Below are positions 1 through 11,113 of a DNA stretch of 64,000 bases, one piece after another. A program made the position numbers and the translations under genes. Origin of the DNA: Klebsormidium nitens (lineage: Eukaryota; Plantae; Klebsormidiophyceae); NCBI GenBank assembly GCA_000708835.1, contig DF237083.1:113040-177039 (forward strand), read 5' to 3'. Numbering within the stretch: position 1 is the stretch's first letter; each line of letters begins with the position of its first letter. Below the pieces are notes generated by a model. It had not been told where the DNA came from. It did no database searches and saw only the letters and a list, made by a program, of their open reading frames with translations.

Positions 1-9
1 AGGGCATAC

Positions 10-295
10 CTTTCATCAAAGATGTGTTCCAGGGTAAACATTTCCCACTCCCTCAAGAAGTTCTTGGTCGTCAGGTGTTTTGATGATTTCGGGTCAGGAT
101 CTGGAGCGCCAAGGTATCTGCCATGCGCCGTCCTGAACGACACAAGACCGTTTCTCAGGTGCAAAAGAGTGAATTGCTCCCACTCCTTTGCCTCCTTGTG
201 GTGTTTCACATCGCCATCGGGACTGGAGCTTAGATACCGGTGATGCGCGACGCTCTTGATGCAAACGGGAAGGCCTTGTACCTTGGTAGTGTCAG
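10..295 (-). CDS. Internal exon of a fascin-like (beta-trefoil) repeat protein; gene continues beyond the left edge
   Basis: Minus strand, bounded by ttcctgcag| and |gtatgc. Reads DTTKVQGLPVCIKSVAHHRYLSSSPDGDVKHHKEAKEWEQFTLLHLRNGLVSFRTAHGRYLGAPDP...LREWEMFTLEH, with two H(H/G)RYL...EWE.F repeats typical of fascin-like domains. Upstream exons not resolved. Confidence 0.6.
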
Positions 296-1833
296 CTGCA
301 GGAACAAGAGGTGGATTTTCAAACGTGAGTCCAAGAGTTCATTGCGCCTTATCGATCGATTCAACGGGGAGAGGATCAATGGCCTAAGGGCGACGAAAGA
401 TAAGAGGCAATGTAGATCTACTTTCAGGATTTCCAATGTGCGATGCGACGCTACATCTTGTCAGGCCAGGCAAGAACATTTCAATGTAATGAGCATGAAT
501 TGCCATTATGATCAATAATAATACAAGAAGATGAGGAGTGTGAACGTTTGGTAATGAGGAACAGCATAAAGGACGAGCTCTAAGGATCTCTGAATGTTCT
601 CACCCAAACTACGTACTGGGATGGACCATACGTCATATGAAGATCCAAACGTCAAATCAAAAAGCAGCTTACAGGAATCAAGAGACAGAGCCTACCAAGG
701 CTCTTTCGACTATGTTTACCAAGTGCTGTCTCTCTTCCTTTCTTCGCCAAGTATCACATAATCTCCAATCTCGATTCACAGGGAAACAGGTCATAATAAC
801 GCGAATGATAAGAGATGCGAAAGCTTGTTTTAGATTCGGTCTCAGATGATGAGTCTCCGAGAGGGGGAAATAAAGAGCAGAGGCCAGGACGGGGATAGCA
901 ATATTACTTACTTCGCCACCCTCTGCCAAAGTCCGGAATCGTGACCACCTCATCGCGAACGAGTTGACGGCCCTTTTCGAGAATAGCCGCGACGACAGAC
1001 CCCTGATCAGGAGATGCAGCACCCCCCATGAACATCCTCAGGGATATCTCTCCTGCTCTTTTTAGGATGTCTCCTTGAAGGCAGAAGCGACAAACCTTCT
1101 TCAAAGCGCCGCGGTTCAGCTTTCTTTTGTTCAAGCGGATGCAATCCCAGAAGTTTGCAAAGAAGTGAGAGGATCGAGCACAGAAGAAGAAATCAAAGAA
1201 TGAAGGACGACCAGACCCGAATGTGAGATGCATCTCAGAAGGCCAGAAAGGCGAGCCCCCGAATGGTCTTGTCAAAGAAAATATGGCCACACTCACATGT
1301 AGCTCCAGCGAAAGATTCGAGCGAATGGTCACGTCTAGAAAGGCTCCGCTTAGAAACGACTGTAATTGAATGGTTCGGAGGGAAGCGCTGACGCACCAGA
1401 ACCTAGGCGCCGCGTATAAAGTCAGCAGAAAAGCCGCTACCGTTACTTTCTACTCTTGGTCGAGCATCGAACCCGCAATTCCCGCAATGATTCCTGAATG
1501 TTCTGCTTTCTCCGTCACCATACACGCGGGAGCTAGTAGAATCTGGCGCCGGACCGCCTTACATTAGCCGCAGCGTTTTGTTCGAGCTGATGGTGGTTTG
1601 TCGCAACAGGGTTCACTTTGTTACGTTTTGAAAAAGGTTTGACAGAGAACAATCGTTCTTGCGTTCTTGAAGCCAGTTTGCACTTGAAGAGTGACGTTGC
1701 CGTGTCGTCAATCAGGCACCAAGACTTCTGGAGCATCGTGTGGAAGTCGTCGAGAATCGAAGGCCGGATTCGAATAGGATACACTTCATTCAACGCCTTA
1801 CTTGCACTTGGCAATCCACCAATTTAGCTGCTC

Positions 1834-1990
1834 ATGGTCGTCGACCTCCAGGGCGTCCGCTCATCCGACGGCCTGGATGACCGGCACGGATCCGGTCCGC
1901 TTCAGCACGTGAAGGGCATTGAGCTCTTCTTCCGGTCGCACAAGTGCAACCGGGTGTGTCAGGCGTTGGGTTTGCCCCCTCATCCGGGGG
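1834..1990 (+). pseudogene. C-terminal fragment of an alpha-kinase (eEF2K/MHCK family)
   Basis: MVVDLQGV...KGIELFFRSHKCNRVCQALGL matches the alpha-kinase DxQG motif and the terminal H-C-N-x2-C zinc site. The intervening TDP motif appears only in another frame (acg gat ccg), and no N-lobe exon was found. Confidence 0.6.
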
Positions 1991-3165
1991 CCGCGAGAAC
2001 AGACTCGGGAACAGCCCTAGTGCCCCGTGATAGTTTACTTTCTCGGCGCTGAGATAGTTCTAGCAAGACCGAAGCAGTTTTCCGCTTGTGTATGAAAAGC
2101 GGGATCGGACGAGATTTGCTAAAGGATTCGTTTGGCTCCGTAAGAGCATGGATCAGAACATGGCCTGTGAGGGGGGCGGGTGGTGCTTTAGAAAAGTACT
2201 GCTAACACAATACGAGGTAGAAAAGAATCAGAGGAACTCATAAGTTATACCAGAGAGCCTGGTGTAGGGTTGAAAAAGTGAAGGTACATTTTGATTGCAG
2301 CAGTGTCAGGACACATCCGTTAGCAATTTTGATCATGCATTCCGTTGCTCAGCGGCCATATGCATCTGGCTTATTTTTATCAGATTCGATCCGAATCCAG
2401 TCCGAGCGCGGTCGGTCCAGAATAATCACGAAGCTTCCCCGCTGTATTGCTCGCTAAAAAGCATTCAAATCTGCAAAGAATCACTTATGAAATTGACTTG
2501 ATTGATGTCATTTCACAGATAATTAACTCCCGCGAAAAGCCAACTCTATGTGTGGATCCGACCGGGTCGGACTCACGTCCGACGTCTTCGCAAAAAGTGC
2601 ACCATGATAACAGCTTTAAGTATTTGTTAAATGATGCAGATCGAGAACGCGTCGGTCCACGTACGGCCGCCCCAACGTCATATCAAGAACCGCGATCTGG
2701 CAATTACTGGGTCCACCAGAAGCATATGCATGTCGTGGGCCGGTACGTAAGCTTTGGCGCGCACGCATGTTTCTGTTATACATGGCTAAACGGCGGCGAC
2801 GACATACATGCCAGGCATGGCATTTTCAGAAGGTCACCGCGTCAATACGATCGTGGTGCGCAGCTGCACACATGCATGCATGCATTGAATTCATGGCATA
2901 ACTAACTGCATTTAGCAGATGTGTACGCACGATCATGCGCTTCCACGCATGTCTGACTTCAATCGACAATGTGAGAGTGTACTAATGAATGAGAATCAAA
3001 AAAACTCTGTAAAGCTTCCGTCTTCAAAATCTTGTGTCGGATGAGGACCTCGACACAGACTTGGGATCATCGAGCATTTTCAAAACTGCAAGCGCACTCG
3101 TCGCGACTTCACTCAAGCACTTTGACAAGGGCAGCGGCCGACTAGACAAAAGACTGCTTCCTTGT

Positions 3166-6100
3166 CTACCACCGGTTGTCTGGCGGCTTCACTTTGTAGA
3201 TCCTCACAATCCAGTTCGAGCTGGTGAAGGCCTCCTCTATATACTCCAGATCGAAGTGCTTGTTTCCAATCTCGTACCCTCGGGCTCGATCGTACCTGGC
3301 GCGAAGAATCGTCAGGATGACGTCAGCCCTCGCCACATAAGTTGACAAAAAGGAGGATAGAAAAAGAGAGCACCACTGAGAGGGCGCCACTGAGACAACA
3401 ATCGCTGTAAACAATCTCGCAGACTGGAGAGTGTTGGAAAGACAAAGATCTGCGCAAACGCCTGGTACAGGAGGATAACACAAGCGAGGAACAGTCCGCT
3501 CAAGATGTTAGCACACAGGAGGTCCTGATGCTTCACATCGAACCGCGAAAGGGCACCTAGCCAGACGTGAACATCTTCCGCCCCAGTACAAAAGCGAAGC
3601 ACATATTGTGGTTAGTGGCAGCATGTAAAATGACATAACGAACAACTTGTCTGCTTCGCGACCGAGGTGGGTATCTAGCTGACTCCAAAACACCAGCTGT
3701 CATGATGACCACGGTTTTGCGGCCAGCCGCCAGGCAAAGGCAGACGGCTGGGAAGTGTTCGCTACTACACCTCATAGCAATTGGTATTCGCGTGGGGAAG
3801 GCATGACCTGCTTTTCTTCCTCTGACCAGAAATCTTGATTGGGACAGAGGAGAGTGAAAACAAAGTGGAAGAGCGCTTAGCCAACAAGCCCTAAAACCCT
3901 AAAAATGGCCTACCCGGCTGGTCGATTGTACTCCGTTTGCAGCTCGCCAAAGCGGTAGTAACACATCTTGTACCTGCGTAAACATAACGCGCGTAAGTGA
4001 AAGGACTGACCTCTTTGCTGACATGTTCTCACGAGCCTCCATGCTGACGCCACAAAAAGGAAGGACTTTCACAGCAGGAACGGGAGCACACTGTCAAGGT
4101 GTTTTTGGAACTTGACAGGCCGTGCGAAATGCAAGGAAGGCCTGTTGACCGAGACACGCGACGGACGGATTACACTTCATCACCGCGGCAACCATTGTCA
4201 AAAAGTTGGCAGCTTTGGCAGGAGCTATAAGGACGTAACGGATCACTTCTAGAATTTCGACGGCCCGAATGCTCGGATAGTCTCCATACATGTCAGTCAG
4301 TGGGCGGATAGGCTGGAGAGAAGCTTCGCAGGCTTTCAACAGTCTGTCGCGGCAGAAATTTGTAAACCCAAACGTACAGATTTAACCCGGCCGTGATGCC
4401 CTTCGTTCTCCGTTGGGGGCGCATCCGTACTTTCGATCACGACAAAATTTTGAAAAAGCAATGCCGCAATGGCGTTTCGACAACGCTCGCCGAGGGCAGC
4501 AAGCGCCACAGTACATGCCAAACAAGCAACAACTAGTAGCGGCAGAAACGTACGGTCGGATCCTTACATGAGGCTGTCGAGCATCTTGGGCGCTGCCCCC
4601 TGTCCCACCGTATACTCCCCCCCCTCCGTCAGGTAATCGCTCTCCTGAATCACCGGGTAAACGCCCCCCCCGATTCGAACCATCCACAAAAACTTGTTGA
4701 TGTCATCGCTCGAGTAACCCGTGATCCCCCCGAAAACCACCAGAACGTAGTCCACGTCGAGTGACGTCATGATCTCGTAAGCGTCCGCTTCGGAGCTCGC
4801 CATCGCGCGCCCGACGGTGGCGATGTGGGTGTTGTTCCACGTGTTGTTGTCGACGATGACCGTACGGTTGGCCATCGCGGTTATCTGGTAACCGTAGTCC
4901 CACCAGCTCATGACCTGCGGGTTGAGAAGCGGGTTAGCAAGTATAGTAGAGGTCGCGTCAGCAAGACCCGATTCCACGTTATGGGCAATGATGCAGTTTC
5001 TTCGGGGTAAGAAAGAACCTTGAAAGCGTGAAGCTTCCCGAGAGGGACACCCGCTGCTCAATCCGTCCGTTGTCAAAGGCATTAACGCACTGCTTGGACA
5101 TCGAAAAGCAGTGCCCCTTACAAGGCACCGCGGACAAACAGCACCCCAGCTCCTCATAAAACCACATAACAGAAGCAGATGCCCTCGATCACATGCGCAC
5201 TCCATCGTCAGAGAGGACAGCAGATGAACGTGGTCAACAATCCACAATTTCCAGTAGAAAGCATGGAAAACGTGATCGCCCCTCTGCCATGATTTACTAC
5301 GAAACCACAAAACTACGAAACCACTACGAAGACGACACGCTGCGACCAGCTGAAGCGACTGCTGTCGAGCAAACCATTTTGAGCAGAGCAACACGTGCCA
5401 CTCCGCCCACCTTGGTTCCACGTGGCGTGTTGTAGTGCAGCCACGAGTAGGCTTCCCGAAAGTCGTCGAACATGATGCGTTGGCCGGAGGCGCCCCGTGC
5501 GGCCAACACGATGGAGGGGGAGCTGTACGCCTCGCTCGTGACCCATATGCTATGGGACGCGAACGCGATGAGGAAGTATCCGATGGCGGCGAGCGAAGCG
5601 GTGGCGATCAGGTTCTGGGACGGCAGGCCCTTTGCTTCCGCCTGGATGCGGAGAGAACTAGGATGAGAAAGGTTTTCGGAGGATTTTATAGAAGATGCAA
5701 GGCGTTCTTAGAAGACAACTCGAAAGTGCAAGTTTGGAAGCTGGCAATACGAGGAAGACTCGGCGTCTGGGCAGTCCGTTTGGAAGGACACTTTTGCGAA
5801 CCTCGCGTGTCGACAAGTGAAGAATGTGATTTATTTGTTGTGAATGGCCGAAAGACTCGGCTGCGTCTTGACAAAAACGAAGTCCCCCGTTCCTTCGATC
5901 CAGAGGCGGAGCGATCTTTGCGGACGGGTTTCGAATATAAGGTTGTTCCCCGTACACTCGTTACTCGTTCCCACTTTGAAGAGCACACTCCTACGGCAAA
6001 CCATTCCCCTCCTTTCTATGATTCGCAGCCGCCTTTCTTTTCTACCGGCGTCTCTACACGCGAAAGCACCCCTTCTGGAACCAATACAAAAACCACAAAT

Positions 6101-9100
6101 CCAGAGGTCAAGATTGCAGAAAAGACGTCAATGCTTCCAGCCTCACCTTGGCAGACGCCTTCTTGCTCAGGGGAGCTTTACCCGCGCCGCTCTCCTCCGG
6201 CGTCTTTTTAGAGTTTGTAAGAAAAAGTCTAAAAGAAAAGAGAAATGCACCACAAATCACAAAAGACGGGCAGGAAAACTCCGGCCTCTTTCTAGACGGA
6301 TTCTTCTAGCAAAAGAACCGCAAAATCACAACAAACTGGAAAAAAAGGAAAAAATTCCCCCCTCCTTTTTCACCTTGGCAGACGCCTTCTTGCTCAGCGG
6401 AGCTTTGCCCCCCGCCACTCTCTCCCGGCGTCTCTACATGCGAAAGCCTCCTAAATGAAACCACCCCAAAGATCACAACTCCAGAGATAAAACCTCTAGG
6501 AAGAGCGTCAGAGCTTCGACAATTTTCCTAGATTGTTAATCTCTGGAGTTTTGAATTATCTTTTTTAAACGTCAAAGCTTCCACCCTCACCTTGGCAGAC
6601 GCCTTCCTGCTCAGCGGAGCTTTCCCCGCGCCGCTCTCTTCTGGCGCCTTCTCCCACGCCATGGCCGCATACTTTTTGAGCAGCGACGACACCGCCACCG
6701 CCGCAACGAGGCACACGGCGGGCGTCGCAACCAGGATGAGCCGCACCATGACGCCAGCGAAGTAGAGTGACGTCAGCGAGTACGCGAGGATGAAGATGGC
6801 GGCATCGGAGAGGTCCTTGAAGAGGTAGTACATGCCTGCGGGCGCCCGGAAGACCTTTCGGGGTAAAGTAAACCATCTAGATTGGAGGTTAGAGATTCGA
6901 CCGCATGGCAAGTGGAGTTTTGCGCACGTTGCTGCGACTTCGATACTTCGCAAGGGCTTCGCAATTAGGAATCAAGGAACCCTTAAACCGAGATCAGACT
7001 CTTGAGTGCTCAGAGAAGGGCTCAAGCTAAGCTTATATGAACAGCAGGGAAAGCGAGTTGGATTGCCGAGAACAGAGGCAGACACGCCATAGGCTATGTC
7101 GCCGAGATGCTTGTCCTGGCCAATTAGGGAGGCAGCTTGAAGCATACCTCCAATCCTGCGACAGGTTTGAAGCAGGCACATGCTCGTACTTCCTGGTGCA
7201 AGGCTGGGCTTTAAGGTTTACCAAAGCGTCGCACGATCACTCGAACTGAGGAGACTGGACTCGATCCGAGATGAGGGCAAAAACAAGGGTAGTCGGGAGC
7301 GAAGTTGAGATGGAACAGATGACGAGAGAAGGGGCTTCAACAGGCTGACTCAAGTATAAATCAACTATCGCCTAAGGGTTGCATATGAGAGGGACGAGAA
7401 CTGCGGTTACGTTCATGATGTTGGCGTCACATAATGGCAGCGGGCTCACCGGCGGGGAAGAGCAGCATGAGCAGGTGGTAGTCGAAGAAGAAGGAGGACC
7501 ACGTGGTCGGCTGGTGCTCCGACACGGACGCAATGATTGGGATGTTCGCTTTCGCGTACGTCGGGTCTAGCAGCGAGTAGAAGCGGCCCGTCCAGGGGGA
7601 GATGTAACCCGTGGCTAACCCGACAACGGCAGCTGTGCCAGCCAGGCCTAAACCCAGGGTTAGGGTCAACCGCAGGAGGGCCTGGAACTGCTTAGGGTCA
7701 GGGAACTGGGAGCGGAGCCAGATGGTGAATTGGACGAGCTGCAGAGATAGGGATTTGGGTTAAGGAGAGGGTTTCAACAATCGAGGAACTTACAGCGTTC
7801 AATTTCGGGTGATTGTAATTCGGGGTTGATGCGGTAATATGGGCCGCTTAAGCAGTGCTCAAGCCTGCAGGACGACAACAATTTTGATTTGCGACACCAA
7901 CTGAACAAACGAGGGTTACGAACTTGCCGCTGACTAGGATACTACTGTAAACTTGCACTGTGACTCCTCTTGGTGGAGTATCTAAAATGCGCGGATGTGC
8001 GGAGCCTTCCACTAACTAAGATGCCCAGCGCCAAAGCAATCATAGGACTGCATCTGCAAATTTGTCCATCTGAGCAGCTTGCACTGGCACCTCAAGAGGC
8101 AGCTGTTTACATTGTGGAGCCCAAGCTGCTAAGAGAAAGTATAGATGCTATTTCGAATTTGGTCAGGAAACAAGTCGGATCGACAAAGCAGGATCGGATA
8201 TAACAAAATCAGGAACCAGAAGTTTGCGAGGTTACTCTGCCAGAGCGGAAGCGCCACAGAGATCCGAAAACAGGGGAGTATGAGATGGTCAACAAGTCAG
8301 AACGAATGAAATCCTATACTCGATCTTCAAAAGAATAAAGAAATCGACAAGGACACAAACCTGCAGCAGCAAGAAGACCCCGAGCGCCGCCATGTGCTCC
8401 CCTGACTGCACGTGCTGGAAACCGACAAAGCTGATCTGCATCGCGAGCAGTGTGCCCATGAGGTACCACGTGCAGTACGCGATGTATGTGCGGATGTTGT
8501 ACCTGCAGGAGAAGACGAGCCTGAAGTGAGTCATCCTTTCAATCCAGTGACGAATCTCTCTTCTTTGATGAGGCTCTTTGTTTCATTCTTTTGTTTTCTT
8601 CTTTTCTTGCCATTTCGCCTTAGAGGTGATTCGTAAAGCCTCTGCGACCATACGAAAGGCAGAAGGCCCACAAGCTAGTGCCAAGCGGAAACTTCAAGAT
8701 GCGATGAGGTGTCCCTCTTAAGACTCAATCAGCGTGGGAGAGTATAGTCAGTTTTGACGAAACATCACCACCTTCAACCACCAAAATGCATCTATCCTTT
8801 CACATCTTTCTTGGTGGTTGCTAACTGGTCAAATCTGCAATTGGTGGTACAGGTATACAACGCACCCACTCCAAACTTCCTGGCACAACGACTACATCGA
8901 TCAACCACTGAGTGTACGAACAGTGCGTACATCCTTGCCTCCTCAGAAGTTCAACGCAATCCAGAAGAAAGAACAGAATGCCAGAAACTGACAACTCGTG
9001 ATGCCGATCTTCAACGCGCTTGATATGCATTGACCAAGTTCAGAAAAGCATTCCACTAGAAAAGGATTCACAATCTTCTTGTTACTGTCTTTGCACAATA

Positions 9101-9920
9101 TTCAATCTGCAATTGGTGGTATCACCAACCAGTGCCCCAACTCTCACCTTCCCGACACCAGCAGGATCAGCACGTAGATTGGCAGCAGATTCGTGATGAA
9201 GATGTAGCCCCCCCATGCGGACACCATGTAGAAGTACCCAAACGCCGCCGCTACGGCCCACGCCAGCGACCCCGTCTTCACCGCTTTTACAAACAGGTAG
9301 AATGTCAGCAGAAGCGCAAAGATTGCGACCCCCTCGTTGTCAAACGACCCCGCCACCGAGCGGGAGATGTAACCGGGGCAGACCGCCATGAACGCTGCTG
9401 CTATAAGACCGGTGGACGAGTCCTTGAGCTCCTTCCCGAAGAAATAAGCGACCATTGCGGTGTTGGAAGCGAAGAAGGGCGCCAAGAGAACGCAGACCTC
9501 CCGGATGTTGACGGTGAGCATAAGGCCGTGGAGGAGCCAGTATAACCCGCCGGCAGTAACCATAAGTCCTGGGTATAGCGTCCCCCCCACGATGCGCCCG
9601 AGCGGGTACCAGCTCTCGTGATCAAACCAGTTCCAAAATTCGTAGAAACCCTTCTCGACCAGGACTTGCGTGACGCGGTAGTTGAAGTAGGGGTCAAACT
9701 CATGGATGACGGACTCAAAGCGGAGGACGCTAAATAGGCGCACGCTGAAGGCGAGAAGGTAGATCATTGCTAGCACTCCCAGGCGTAAGAGCAGCTCTTG
9801 CTGCTTTGTGCTTAGCCGAAGTTGCTGGGGGAGAAGAGCGCCCATGTCAAAAGGCAATAGGGGCGAGGTGGTGGCAGAGACTGGCGGAGCATCTTGAACG
9901 GGAGCGCGCTTGGGCGCCAT
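3166..9920 (-). CDS. STT3B: Oligosaccharyltransferase catalytic subunit STT3B, 8 exons
   Basis: Exons 9920-9148, 8502-8361, 7738-7450, 6835-6591, 5641-5411, 4914-4568, 3973-3914, 3295-3166, all GT-AG and in frame. Motifs [43 protein letters not shown], and C-terminus [11 protein letters not shown] as in plant STT3B. Confidence 0.96.
6120..6660 (-). repeat. Three tandem copies (about 220-bp period) of the STT3B exon-4 3' end plus its 5' splice site
   Basis: caccttggcagacgccttc(t/c)tgctcag recurs at 6144, 6371 and 6588. Each copy encodes ...GKAPLS(R/K)KASAK followed by GTGA. Confidence 0.9.
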
Positions 9921-11113
9921 TGCTAGGCAGGCTCTACACAATGCCTATCTTCAAGGAACCTTTCAAAGGGTGATCAAGCTGCAATCGTGGGCAAGTGTGG
10001 ACATCAAACCCCCCTGTGCAATTGGAAACTAGAATATGATATGTAGTGCGCCTAAAGAGCAATGCCCCAATGCACCAATCCCTTACAACTCCTCCCCGGC
10101 AACCTCTCCCAGAACGAGAATTGTGCATCTGCCGGAGGTTCTTCTACCGCATTGCACGGATTGAAGGCGGCCCTCAGCGCTCTGCTGTTGACGTACGTCC
10201 ACTGCTGGTGCCAGAAGCTCTGCACGCCGCGCGCCAGCGGCTGCATTATGCGACCACGGAAACTAGAGGGTCGGACTTCTCAATCGTCCATCCTCAGCAG
10301 ACTCCATCCCTCGGCCAGGTTACCTCTTTTATGCTCAATCGACGGCTGAAACACCCCAGTACTACGACCGTCCGATCAGGACCACACGAGATCGGGCCAC
10401 GGCTGCGGCTGTATCTAGGACAGAGCCGGCAGAGCCACATCATGGCAGTGGTACGCGTACGAAGGTGAAGCCAGCCGACTGGGGAGAACTGAGCTAGAGC
10501 AGATGGCTAATGTAGGCGAAGAGGCCATGAAAGATGGACGTATGTTCTGTTCGACGTCGCGCCGTTAAGCTCTACTTCCACAAGCTCGACCCAAAAGCCT
10601 ATGTACACGTCTAAGGTCAGTTCTGCATTTGCTTTTTGGAGCGAGCCTTAGTGCAAGATTTATGCACGAACATACTTCATCGCGCTGGCCTGCCTATCGA
10701 TTCATTTGCAGTCCATCTGAACCTGTGATCCCTGACGGTACGTACTAGCTATAAGTAGGTGCAGACTTATATAAAGCCCATAGCGACATTGCTGGACGCC
10801 AAAAGGGCGCAGAAAGACCAGGATGCCACTTCATTCATACCAATATTCAAGACCAGAACGGTAGGATCTTTCGCGATCTTCAACCTTCAGGTGACCTTTC
10901 ATGTGCTTTTACAAAATATCTTCACGAAGCGCTAGCATCGAGTTGACGTGAACCTGTGCATAGTCGGGTGCATTCGAGATGTTTTTACAAATGTTCGTGG
11001 GCCATCTTATGATTTATAGCAACGGTCTAAACAATTGTCGTATGTAGGTATATATGATCTCATTAAAATAAGTATCGACGTATCAGCAATCCGTGATCGG
11101 CTGTGTATGCTTG

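Noticed and set aside
678-1814. Minus-strand ORFs 678-1022, 904-1332 and 1533-1814 as upstream exons of the fascin-like gene
   Set aside because: Some splice-like signals exist, but no consistent in-frame exon chain or recognisable domain could be built.
4564-6458. Long ORFs 4564-5421(-), 5435-6211(+), 5844-6458(+)
   Set aside because: They are intron read-through or antisense shadows of STT3B exons and its repeat.
10046-10468. Plus-strand ORFs upstream of STT3B
   Set aside because: No recognisable protein and no convincing gene structure.
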